Origin: Selaginella moellendorffii
Taxonomy: Eukaryota; Plantae; Lycopodiophyta
Direction of reading: 5' to 3'
DNA: 64,000 bases
Assembly: GCF_000143415.4 (NCBI RefSeq)
Contig: NW_003314302.1
Coordinates: 578,258 to 642,257, forward strand
The first letter of the stretch is position 1; every line of letters begins with the position of its first letter. Both the position numbers and the translations under genes were made by a program. Positions 10,903 through 22,575 of this stretch are shown here, piece by piece. The notes under the pieces were generated by a model. The model made no database searches, was not told the DNA's origin, and saw only the letters and a list, made by a program, of their open reading frames with translations.

Positions 10903-12537
10903 TGTAAGCCATAAAATTATCTGAAACACCCATAATCTTAATAAAGCTACCTCCAACCTTCCCTTGGAGGGTTAGTAGATATCATGAATAACTCTCTACC
11001 AAAGTTGCTTGTGTAATGAGTAACTTTGAGCTAGGGATTAGATCATGTACCTTAGTTTTGTTTTCACCTGACTTAATGGCTATATTGACTCTGGCCTTCT
11101 TTGGGTATGGATATTCTCTCAAAAAATGTCCTACTTCACTACAGTTGAAGCATATGTTGTTTCCCACAATATTACCCAACTTGACTTTTTTATCCATAGG
11201 TTTGTCCCTTTCCACTTAACTCCCCCATGCAAGGATTCTTTATCCATAGCTTCTTATTCGACCAGAGGCTCTAGCTTTGGAAGAGGTTCCATCTCCACCT
11301 TAGTTCTTTTATGCCCTCCCTTTACCATCTCCCAGCAATCTATATCTATCCTTCATTAGAACTAAGGAGAAGGCTCCGATACCAAATTGTAAGCCATAAA
11401 TTTTTTCTTTTCAATTTGCTAACTTACCTCGTCTATCCAACCATCACAACCTTGGCTTTATTTAAATTCCCTCACCAAGGTTCCTACATATTGTACTAAC
11501 TTTTACTTAGTCCTACTTGGTTTCAACAACTCACTACACAAGCAATGAAGCATTACCCATCCATCCATGGATTCCCAAATTCTCTCATAATCCCTCCCCC
11601 CTAGGTTAGACTAAACTTAGGGTTCGAGGACACTCCCCGCAAGCACAAGTAGTCAAGCACACCAAGCCTCTAGGTTCCTAACATCCCTTTATACAATAAA
11701 GCTTGATCATGGGACCTTCTAAATCCCAAACTTTGGGTGTAATACTTGCTCCGAGACATTGGGGGGAAACATCGTGGCCTAATGGCTTGGTATGGGTACC
11801 CTTACTCCCCCAATTCCATTTCAAAGGGAAGGCCCAAGCCCTTAGAAAGGGTGATGACCAATGAGCTGCAAGGTACTCAAGTGGGGCACCACTCCACATA
11901 AGCTAGGAGCACCGCAATTGATTTCCCTTCCAAGAGTGGAAGCTACTCTTGAGCACTTCCTTGGGTGGCCCCTTCAACACTACTCACTACCACCCAAGGC
12001 CCCTCAACTTAAGTCTCAACCTCAAGTCAATTTAAAAGCACCACTAGAGAGTTATTTCAAACCCTAAACCCTGAACCTCACTATCCCTACTATACTTTTG
12101 GAACCCCCTACAATGCCCCCCCTTTGGGAGACACATGCTTTGGGCTTTCACCCCACAACTTGTATTAGTATTCGGACACGATCTTAGACTTGATCTCGGA
12201 CTCAATCTCGGACTCGGTCTTGGACTTGGTCTCGGACTCGGTCTCGGACTCGGTCTTAGACTCAATCTCAGACCTGACCTCAGACTTTGTCTTGGACTCG
12301 GTCTCAGACCCAATCTCAAATCTCGAACTCAGTCTCGATCTTGGTCTCGACCTTGGTCTCGAACACGGTCTCGGAGTTGGTCTTAGACTCAATCTCGGAC
12401 TCGGTCTTGAACTCGATCTCTGAGTCGGTCTTGGACTCGATCTCATACTTGGTCTCATCCGATGAACTCTTTAACATTTTGGTTGTGCTTTTAGGGATCC
12501 TTTAGCCTTTGACACCTCAGGGAGTTAGTTCCTCACA
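10903..12537 (-). mobile_element. Internally deleted LTR element of the D family inserted in the RT of A
   Basis: TG...CA ends and TSD CAGAG/CAGAA. One full LTR 11388-12537 homologous to the D LTRs, PBS TGGTATCGGAGC, gag zinc-knuckle remnant (CFNCSEVGH); only about 13 bp of the other LTR remains. Confidence 0.85.
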
Positions 12538-12964
12538 CAGAAGTGATTGCTAACTTTATCAATGATATCTTGATCCACTCAGAAAAGACATGGAAGGAAC
12601 ATATCTGTGATGTTTGTAAGGTGTTGGATCAACTACAGGAAGTTAGTTTAAAGCTGAAGTGGTCGAAGTGCATGTTTGGGTCCAAAGATACAACTTATTT
12701 TGGATATTATATTTCTTGTGAGGGTTTGCAAGTTAATCCTAACAAACTTATGGCTATTTTAAAAAATTTCTACTCTAAATGTGCAACACTTCCTAGGAAA
12801 GGTGTAGTATCTAGGTCATTTTGTTGATCATCTTTCTGATTGCACTACACCATTGTGAACATTGTTAAAGTCATCAATGTCATCTTTTATATGGTCTATA
12901 AACTGTGAGCGGGTGTTTATAGATTTCAAAGAGCTATTGATAACTCCTTTAGTTTTGGCATATC

Positions 12965-13215
12965 TATAAGCAACCAAAGAAAATAACTTAAGAAACAATT
13001 CATAAGAGTTTAAATATACAGGGAAAAAGGCCAATGAACAAGAGTGCATCCCCTTTTCTAATCGGTTAAAGGTCTTGTGATATTTAGGGTTAAGTATCAT
13101 TGGGTTTGAATAGTATTGGGTTGGGTGACTTTCTGAAAAGTCCAAACTCAAGAGTTTCGAGCCCAACAGCCTAAGTGTGCATGATCAGCAGAAGCAAGAG
13201 AGCTTGAGTGTGCCT
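12965..13215. repeat. Short insertion in element A, related to the repeat at about 63.2-63.4 kb
   Basis: Interrupts A between ITPLVLAY and HPIVY. The stretch gagtttaaatata...ggttaaaggtctt..gatatttagggtt matches 63212-63280. Confidence 0.5.
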
Positions 13216-16200
13216 GATTAGTGCCATCCTATTGTATATATCAACTGTACATTACAACCTGTAAAGGTGAATTACTCCATAATAGAGAATGAGTGTTTAG
13301 TAGTAGTTTAGAGTTTCGAGAAACTTTATGTATATCTACATAGTTTTCGGATGTTATTAAAAGGTGATTATGCTGCAGTTACTTCATTATTGAAGTGGAA
13401 AAATTTGGTTGGTTGTACTACTTGATAGGCTTTAAAGTTTCAAATATATAATTTTAATGTTATTCATCACCCGGGGAGTCCTATAGCTGATGCTGATGCC
13501 TTTTCTCAAGCTCCTTTTCCTTCTTCACTCTCTTCTTATGTTTCTGACGAGCTTGTTATTCTAACATTTGTGGATTTTTTGAATGAGGATTCCATGCCAT
13601 TAGCGGTTGTCATACTTGACATTCAGTGTCAACAAGGTGCAAGGCAATATTTACCTTCTCTTGATAAGGTTCATGAAGCTCAACAAATTGAGCTATAGAT
13701 TTGAAGGCTTTGTGATGGGTTTGAGAATCTTCCATTATTTGCTGATGACTTGCCATTTTGGCATTTACATTCTTAATATTGCCTTGTAAACGGTCTTCTT
13801 TATTTTGTGAGGATAGATCCTGATGATCATTTATGGCTGGTGGTGCTTTTGATTTTTATTCGACACTTTTTTCATATCTACCATGATTCTTCTATTCTAA
13901 GTAAGCATATGAAACATCGTTGTGTGACCAAGAAGCTATGCAAGTCTTTCTATTGGCAAGAGATGGGATGTAATGTTATCTAGTATATATGTAGCTGCAT
14001 TTAATGCCAAACTCGTAATACTTCTTTATGCTGTGAAAGGATGGTTAGAGTCAATTGTAGTTTCTTGTCCATTTAAGTTGGTGGTGTTTGATTTGATGGG
14101 ACCTTTTCCATAATCGACTGTTGGTAATAAGTATATTATTATTGTTTTTGACTACTTGACTTATTGGGTGGAAGTTGGTGCTCTTGCTAGTGTGTCTATA
14201 ATTGTTGTTGGATACTTTCTCCTCAATCAAGTAATATTCTAGCATTTCTGTCTGGAGCGGATTCTTTTTGATAATGGTCCTACATTTATAGTTGAGGTAT
14301 TTCATGTTTTGATGTCTCAATTAGGGATATGCCACACTTTCACGACTGTTTATCATCCACAGTCAGATGGTTTGGTGGAACAGCTCATTCGGACCTTCAA
14401 AGGGATGATCATGAAGTACGTGAACTTTCAGTATTCATATTGGGATGGTTATTTGTTGTCTCTTCGGTATGCATATGTCACAGGGGTGTAGAGTTTTATT
14501 GGTGTTTGACCATATAAACTCTTATATGGTCATGATCTAATACTGCCAACAAAGTTGGGTTTATCTTCATAATTACCACAAGCTGCCGATGTGATGTTAT
14601 GGGATTAGTATTTGATAAGCATTCTTCCACTCGTCTGAGTAGAGTCTACCGAACACTTGAGTTACATACAAGTGAGATAACAATACCACTATAACTCCTA
14701 TCATCATCCACTTATAGAGTACAAAGTGGATGACTTGGTGTTAATTTGGTTTCCCTATTTTATGGTATGTGGTTTATCTAAGAGGCTCCTTGCTCAGTGG
14801 AAAGAACTATATCAAATGTTACAGTAAGTTGGACTGCAAGTTTATGAGGTTCAATATGATGTTTAGCAAGCTGATCCTTAAAAAATTATGCATATGCAAC
14901 AATTGAAACACTTTGTACAAAGGGATTAGGAATAATTGACACCACCTATGTAAGTGACTAAATTTTCCATTTTACTTTAGTCACTTAACCACACCTTTGA
15001 CTACTTGGAGGAGTCTCACTCACAACCTTCGTAAGTCCTATTTTGGACTTAAGGACTTGCTAGCCCCAAGAATGGCATCTATGCCACTCAACCATTGCAC
15101 TTGGTCCAAATGCTCCACGTGTTCAATCCCATGACCGACACCCCAAGGTACCACTAACATACTAGCCTGTTACACTAAGGCTATACCCATTCACCTTGAT
15201 CACACCGGTGGTCCAACACCACCTACATCACAGTCTCGTCTCTCAAAGACTGTGCCATCCATCCATGAGTGACCATTCTAGGTCCACTCTTTAGCATCCT
15301 TAAGATGCCTGCAGACATGGGGAATAGTCTTCCCCAATATCCTTTTTACAATCCCCACCAAGTCTCTTTTTTATCCATTGCCAACACTGCTACTGGGACA
15401 AGGCCCATAGGCCCGACTACTAAGTCCCACTGTCGTCTGGGACTTCCTCACCATATGACTGTATCATTGGTCATTACACCAGAGGACCACTCTTCTTCCT
15501 TTCTATAGTCTGGGACTTTGGGATAACATTTCGAAACATCGTGGCCCTACGTGAACCTCATGGGTACTCTCCCCACCTTCCGCTTTTGGGTACTCTAGCC
15601 ATGGGCTTAGAGCGAGGTTCCGTTGAGCCACACCATGTATCCAAATAGGTAGTGCCACCCACACTTGGACTGGGAGCATTGGCCATTCGATCTCCTAGGG
15701 GAACTAGAGTTGGCTTTTGAACACTTCACCAAGCTACCTTGCTTGTCAATTCGTATTCACTCTAACCTTGAACTTCCCAATGGTTATCCCATCACCTAAC
15801 ACCTGGGTACGGCCTTCCTGGGCCAAACTAGCTCCACTGAAGTCCTTCCCCTACTATACTTTTGGAGCTCACCAGACCCCCTAGGGTCTGGGAGACGAAC
15901 GCTTTGGGCTTTCACCCTCGGACTCGAACTCAGGCTCAGATTTGGACTCGGACTTGGACTTTGTCAGGAATCCCCCAATTCTTGCCACATTCCTGACTCT
16001 CGCCGAATTCCTGACCTGCAAACCACATTCCTGACTCTCGAGACACTTCCCTATTCCTGACTCTCGAGACACTTTCCTATTCCTGACTCTCGAGACACTT
16101 CCCGATTCCTAAGTCTCGAGCCACATTCCTTATGATGATATGGTGCCTCCTCGACCTCAGCTATATTTAGGCCGTCCTCGATCCAAGAGTGGTGGAGCTT

Positions 16201-16444
16201 CATCAACCTATAGTATATATAGGTTAGCCTTGTTCCATTTCTCCACAATCTGAATCAACACCAGTCTAAGGCCTCTTCTTTGTTTTCACTAGCTTTTTCT
16301 CTTTGTCTTTAGCATTTTCCAGTTTTGATCTTGTTGGAGGCCTTGACAGTTTGATTCAGAATGTGGTTTTTGCTTTTCTTTTAGCTCGCTTTGATTATTT
16401 GATTACCTTTGTCTTTTTCCCCCTTTCTTTTCTTTCTTCTTGCC

Positions 16445-17417
16445 AATGGAGTCTCCAAGCCATCCTGATTTCTTTGCTGAAGTCCTTGCAAAAATCCAGT
16501 CTGAGAATACCGAGCTGAAGGCGACCCTTCTTCGCATGCAGCAGGAGCTTGCTTCACTTTCGGCTCAAGGATCCAGCAAAGTTCCTGAACCGAAGGTGAG
16601 ATTCCCGGCGAAATTTTCAGGCAAGCGTTCGGAGCTTCGCGGATTCCTGAACCAGATGGAGTTGATCTTCGCACTTCAACATCGGCAGTACCCTACTCCC
16701 GAGTCTCAAATCGGCGCGATTGGGACGTTGCTCGAAGGTGCAGCTTTGTCATGGTTTTCTCCTCTTCTGGAGAAGAGCATGAAAGGGGTCGTGGTTCCAG
16801 AGCTAATGGATCTTCAATTGTTCAAAGAGAAGCTCGAAGCATGTTTTGGCGAGACGGATCGGGTTCGGGCTGCTACCACAAAGATGAGACGTCTCTCTCA
16901 GGGGTCTCGTCCTGCCTTGATTTACGCTGCAGAGTTCCAACTCCTTGCTTTGGACACTCAGTGGGATGAGCGGGCCCTGATTGACCAATTTCGTTTCGGC
17001 CTCAACAACGGTGTCAAGGATTTGTTGCTCACCATGGAGGATCCCAAGAACCTGTCGGATGCCATCAACAAAGCTGTTCGATGTGACAATCGTCTCTTTG
17101 AACATCGTCAGGAAAGTCGCTGCGCCACTATTTTTCCGTCCTAGACTCAGGAATCCCAGCTTGAGTCTTCGGGGCATACTCTTGAACCTACTGCTCTGGT
17201 TCCAATGGATATTTCTGGTACTCCCCGACTCATTAGAGGGAAGTTGAGTCCTGCTGAGAAGCAACGTCGAATATCTTATAATCTTTGCCTCTATTGTGCT
17301 GATCCTAATCACAAAGCAGCTGTATGTCCCAAGAAGCCTCCTCGACTGCTCGAGTTCACTCTGCCTCAAAGTCCACCTCTATTGCAGTCGGGAAACGACC
17401 CTGTCCAAACAGAGTAG
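16445..17417 (+). pseudogene. gag of the Tcn1-like element (internal TAG at 17142)
   Basis: PEPKVRFPAKFSG...AALSWF...YAAEFQ...QFRFGL; C-terminal CCHC knuckle in the same frame after the stop. Confidence 0.85.
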
Positions 17418-20400
17418 GAGCTGTCTGTTTGGACTCCCCGAATAAAAATCACTTTCCTTCTTTATCAAGCTCCTCACCACCTTTCATCAAAGCCACCACC
17501 AATTCCTGCAACTTCCACGTCCCATGTCTCCTTTCTTTCACCGGACAATCAGGACTCAAAGCTCTGGCATTACTGGACTCGGGTGCAACTTCCTGCTTCA
17601 TGGACACGGACTTTGCTGCCCGACATCATGTTCCTCTTTTTCTTACCATACGGGATTTGAGGGTTGAAGGCATCGGCGGGCATTTTGTGTCTCCATCTTC
17701 TGGACTTAGGGAAACGTTGCCCGTTCGAGTACACATTGGGTCCACCGTCACCGATATCGCCTTCAACATCATCAACAGCAAGTCCTCCTCTGTGGTGCTC
17801 GGTCTTCCTTGGTTCCAACTACATCAGCCTTAGATCTGTTGGAAGGAATTACAGCTCATCTCTCCCACGGCTTCCCCTGCTATTCATCGAGTCCGAATCA
17901 GGAAAAGTTCCCTAAACTCAAATCGGGGTTCTGTTCCTGACTCTATAAAGTTTTCACCCGCTTCTTTTTCCTCTCTTCCATCTTACACTGGAACGTATTC
18001 TCATCTCATCATTCCATTTAGTCGTACGCCTCCTCCTATCTATACAATCACTATGAAAGAACTCCTTCATGAAGAACCTCTTTTTCTTTTTGCTTTGCAT
18101 GTTTCTCCTATCAGTCTTCCTGAGAAGTATCATGATTTTGGGGATGTGTTTGACAAGAAAAAAGCTAGTGTACTGCCTGTTCATCGGCCTTATGATTGTC
18201 CCATTGATTTACAGGAAGGAGCGTCACCTCTGTGGGGGCCTATCTATGGGTTAGCCCCGTCCGAGCTTAAGGCCCTCAAAGAGTACGTGGATGAGAACCT
18301 TGCCTCGGGCTACATTCAGCATTCGCAGTCCCCGGCTGGAGCACCTGTCTTCTTTTTCAAGAAGAAGGATGGGAGCTTGCGGCTAGTCATCGACTACCGA
18401 GGTTTGAACAAGGTGACTATTCGGAACCGTTATCTGCTGCCCCTGATCTCGGACCTGTTGGAACACCTCGGCGGTGCCCGCTTCTTCACCAAGATCGACC
18501 TCCGTGGAGCATACAACCTGATCCGGATCCGGCCTGGTGATGAATGGAAGACTGCGTTCCGAACCCGCTATGGCCACTTCGAGTACACTGTCATGCCATT
18601 TGGCTTGACAAATGCTCCAGCAGTTTTCCAACACATGGCAAACGACGTCTTTCGGGGGTTTCTTGATCAGATGGTGATCGTCTATCTCGATGACATCCTC
18701 ATCTACTCAAAAACTCAGGAGGAGCATGACGAACATGTTCGCAAGGTGCTAGCGAAGCTGCGAGAACATGGCCTATACGCGAAGCTTGAGAAATGTTCCT
18801 TTGATCAGTAGTCTGTGGAGTTCCTTGGGTACATTGTCACTCCTGAGGGTATCACGATGGATCCTGCCAAAGTTAAGACTATTCTCGAATGGGAGCCTCC
18901 ACAATCAATGTCGGACGTTCAGGTTTTCCTTGGCTTCGCCAACTTCTACCGCAAATTCATTGATCACTACTCTGACATTGTCCTTCCTCTCACACATCTC
19001 ACTCGCAAGGATGTTCCCTTCTCTTGGTTTACTGTTGCCCAGCAGGCCTTCGACACACTCAAGGCGGCCTTCAGTTCTGCTCCTGTCTTGATCCATGCTG
19101 ATTCCTCACAACCTTTCTTCATCGAGGCTGATGCCTCCGACTTTGCCATTGGTGCTGTGCTGTCTCAACTCGGAGCGGATCACGAACTTCATCTGGTCGC
19201 TTTCCATTCTCGGAAATTCCAGCCTGTGGAGATCAATTACGAAATCCACGACAAGGAGCTCCTTGCCATCGTGGATTCCTTTGGAGAGTGGCGCCGTTTC
19301 TTGGAGGGGGCGAGCCATCAAACAACAGTCTGGACGGATCACAAAAATCTCGAGTACTTTGCCACTTCCCGAGTTTTAAGCCGTCGTCAAGCAAGGTGGG
19401 CACAATTCCTGAGTCGGTTTGACTTTGTTATCAAGTACAGACCTGGAAAGTTTCAAGGCTTTCCTGATGCTCTTTCAAGGCGCTCCTATCTCAGTCTCAG
19501 GCCTGGTAATCCTGCCTTCGATCAACAGGATCAAGTTATCCTCGGTCCTGATCGGCTTCAAGTTATGGCAATTTCCCTGGCCCCTCAGGACTCCTCCTTG
19601 ATGGATGCAATCAGAAACGATCTTCAATCCGATGATCTCGCTAGCGACATTTTCCCCCATCTTCAGGCTGGACACCCAGTGACTCCCGACTGCCGGTGAT
19701 TTGACGAGTTCGAGTTCTTAGATGGCTTATTGTACCATGGGGAGCAGCTTTATGTTCCTGAAGGTGATGCTCGAAGGTTGGTCCTGATGGCGTGCCACGA
19801 TAGCCCGACTGCTGGTCACTTCGGCATTGCGAAAACCTATGAGCTAGTTGCACGGGATTTTTGGTGGCCTCACATGGACGACTACATCAAAGCTTTTGTT
19901 ACCTCCTGTGACACTTGTGCCCAGAATAAGGTACCTCGCCACCTTCCTTCAGGTTTGCTTCGTTCCCTTCCGGTCCCTTCAGGTCCTTGGGAATCCATCT
20001 CCATGGATTTCTTGAGTGATCTTCCGAGTTCTGGAGGCTTCAACAACATTTTAGTCGTGGTGGATCACTTCACAAAGATGGCGCACTTCTTGCCATGTAC
20101 CAAGGAGTTTTCGGGCGAGGACATGGCAAAACTGGTATTCAGGGAAATTTTCCGACTTCATGGGATTCCTACAGATGTGGTTTCGGATCGGGGGCCTCAA
20201 TTCATCTCTCATTTCTGGCAACAGTTTTTGCAGCTGCTTGGAGTGAAGGCCAACCTCTCTTCGGCATATCATCCTCAAACTGATGGGCAGTCCGAGCGAA
20301 CGATTCAGACGTTGGAACAATTCTTGAGGTGCTTCATCAACTATCATCAGGATAACTGGTTTGATATCCTTCCCCTTGCTGAGTTCTCCTATAACAACTC

Positions 20401-21160
20401 TGTTCACTCCTCTCTTCGAGTTTCCCCCTTCTTTGCGAACTCTGGCCGAAATCCCCGATTCAATCTCTCACTTCCTTCTCCATCTGAATCCTCTCGTTCA
20501 AATCCCCGCTCTGAGGCATTTATCTCTAACCTCCAAGAAATCCACAACTCCATCTCCTTCCACCTCCATCGTGCTCAGGAATTTCATAAAACATTTGCCA
20601 ATGTCCATCGTCAGGATTGTCCCCCTTACAATATCGGGGATAAAGTCTGGCTCCTTAGGCGAAATATCTCCACCACCAGGCCCTGTCCAAAACTCGATTT
20701 CAAATGCCTTGGTCCTTTCCCTATCACTGCCATCATTAATCCTGTCACTTATCGCCTTGCACTTCCCTCCTCATATCAAATTCACCCCGTTTTTCACTCC
20801 TCTCTCCTTGAGCCTTATATTCCCAGTCCTATTCCAAATCGGGTCATTCCTCCGCCTCCACCAGTGCAGCTCGAGGATGGGTCTGAGTACGAGGTTCAGG
20901 ACATCCTTGATTCCAAGATTTCACGGTCTAAACTCTACTATCTGGTGGACTGGAAGGGTTACGGACCTGAGGAACACACTTGGGAACCTGCAGACAACCT
21001 GCTTCATTCTCCTGACCTTGTTTAGGACTTCCACCGCCGCTATCCTTCTCGTCCCAGTCCTCATTCTTTTTCTCCATCTCCCATCCCTCGCCGCTCATCT
21101 CATCCTCCTCTTCGTTCTCGTTCACATCCTAGTTCCACTCGTTCTTGAGGAGGGGGTGCT
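17390..21160 (+). pseudogene. pol (PR-RT-RH-IN-chromodomain) of the Tcn1-like element, in the -1 frame
   Basis: ORF pieces starting 17324, 18053, 18815 and 19730 are all in one frame, separated by single stops. Confidence 0.88.
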
Positions 21161-21574
21161 GTCAGGAATCCCCCAATTCTTGCCACATTCCTGACTCTCG
21201 CCGGATTCCTGACCTGCAGACCACATTCCTGACTCTCGAGACACTTTCCTATTCCTGACTCTCGAGACACTTCCCGATTCCTGAGTCTCGAGCCACATTC
21301 CTGATGATGATATAGCGCCTCCTCGACCTCAGCTATATTTAGGCCGTCCTCGATCCAAGAGTGGTGGAGCTTCATCAACCTATAGTATATATAGGTTAGC
21401 CTTGTTCCATTTCTCCACAATCTGAATCAACACCAGTCTAAGGCTTCTTCTTTGTTTTCACTAGCTTTTTCTCTTTGTCTTTAGCATTTTCCAGTCTTGA
21501 TCTTGTTGGGGGTCTTGACAGACTTGGCCTCGGCCTTGGCTTTGGCCTCGATCTCGGTCTTGGTCCTGGTCTTG

Positions 21575-22035
21575 GTCTCGGTCTCGACCTTAGATTCCAC
21601 CTTAGGTCCTTCTCGGACTCCATCTCAAATTCCATCTCAAGTCCATCTTGAACTCCATCTTAGGTCCATCTCAGACTCCATCTCAGGTCCATCTCGGACT
21701 CCATCTCATATCCATCTCGAGCTCCATCTTAGACTCCATCTCGGTCCATCTCGGACTCCATCTCGGGTCCATCTCAGACTCCATCTCGGGTCTATCTCGG
21801 ACTTCATCTCGGACTCCATCTCAAGTCCATCTCAGACTCCATCTCAGGTCCATCTTAGACTCCATCTCAAGTCCATCTCGGACTCCATCTCGAACTTCAT
21901 CTTGGACTCCATCTTGGGTCCATCTTGGATTCCATCTCAGACTTTATCTCAGACTCCATCTCAGACTCTATCTCAGACTTCATCTTGAATCCACCTCAGA
22001 CTCCATCTCAGACTCTATCTCAGACTCCATCTTGG
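21575..22035. repeat. 12-bp tandem array (GGACTCCATCTC-like) inside the B LTR
   Basis: Repeating gactccatctc(g/a)g units; also at 46735-47100 (opposite strand) and 50265-50415. Confidence 0.85.
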
Positions 22036-22575
22036 ACCTTCCATGTGTCATATATTGGTCCTCCTATGTCCCTTTTCTAGAGACTCACTTATTGCTTGCT
22101 TCGTGCTTGTTCCTTGAGCACTTCGTTCAATGGCAAAAGTTCCACTTTGCCAAGTCTAGAGGGTGCTCACCCCTAATAGATCTTTTTAGCATTTTCTACT
22201 ATGGGCTTCATACACGACCCAACTTTGTGACCCTTCTATGGGTCTCTCCTAAAGATTACTTTCTTTGGACTCACTATGCCATCACATTGACATATCTCAT
22301 TTCCCTTAAGTGTTATTCCCACTTGGTCACCTTGACCAAGCCACACTATTATCATTAGTTCAAATTAATACTTTGAACTAGAAACCTTATTCCTTATCCA
22401 AACAAGGATTTTATCCTTATTTAGCCATAACATCGCCTAGTGATTTCATCTTGGCACCTTAATAGGTTTGCCAATAGGTACTATGTCTTCCAGACCTTTA
22501 AGTTGTTGACCATGACTTCGGGGGCATCCCCCACACTTGGCGGTGTGCCCAAGCTAGCCCTTTTGGCCAAGAGTC

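Larger units (their letters stand above)
10500..14943 (+). mobile_element. Element A: old, decayed Ty3/gypsy pol (RT-RNaseH-IN); host of the nest, 3' tail resumes at about 50653-50760
   Basis: LTKLDFVSGYWQV, VMPFGL, FINDILIHS (decayed YIDD), HPIVY..NYS..E.ECL, VYHPQSDGLVEQL; many stops and frameshifts. PPT-like aagagaaggagatga at about 50735-50749. Confidence 0.85.
15962..21520 (+). mobile_element. Tcn1/Tf1-sushi-like chromovirus (Ty3/gypsy), full length with premature stops
   Basis: LTRs 15962-16348 and 21160-21520 (TG...CA), TSD GACTT, PPT gaggagggggtgc. PEG10-like Gag, CLYCADPNH knuckle, LLDSGA protease, YLDD RT, RNaseH, HHCC/DDE integrase, chromodomain EYEVQDILDS..YLVDWKGY. Confidence 0.93.

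Noticed and set aside
15985-16125. CRISPR-like periodic repeats (ATTCCTGACTCTCGAG)
   Set aside because: Tandem units within a eukaryotic LTR with no unique spacers and no cas genes.
21438-22358. Ser/Asp/Pro/Leu-rich ORFs (also at 12.0-12.5, 32.0-32.4, 38.4-38.7, 46.5-47.5 and 49.9-50.5 kb)
   Set aside because: Translations of 6/12-bp LTR tandem arrays, open in several frames on both strands.
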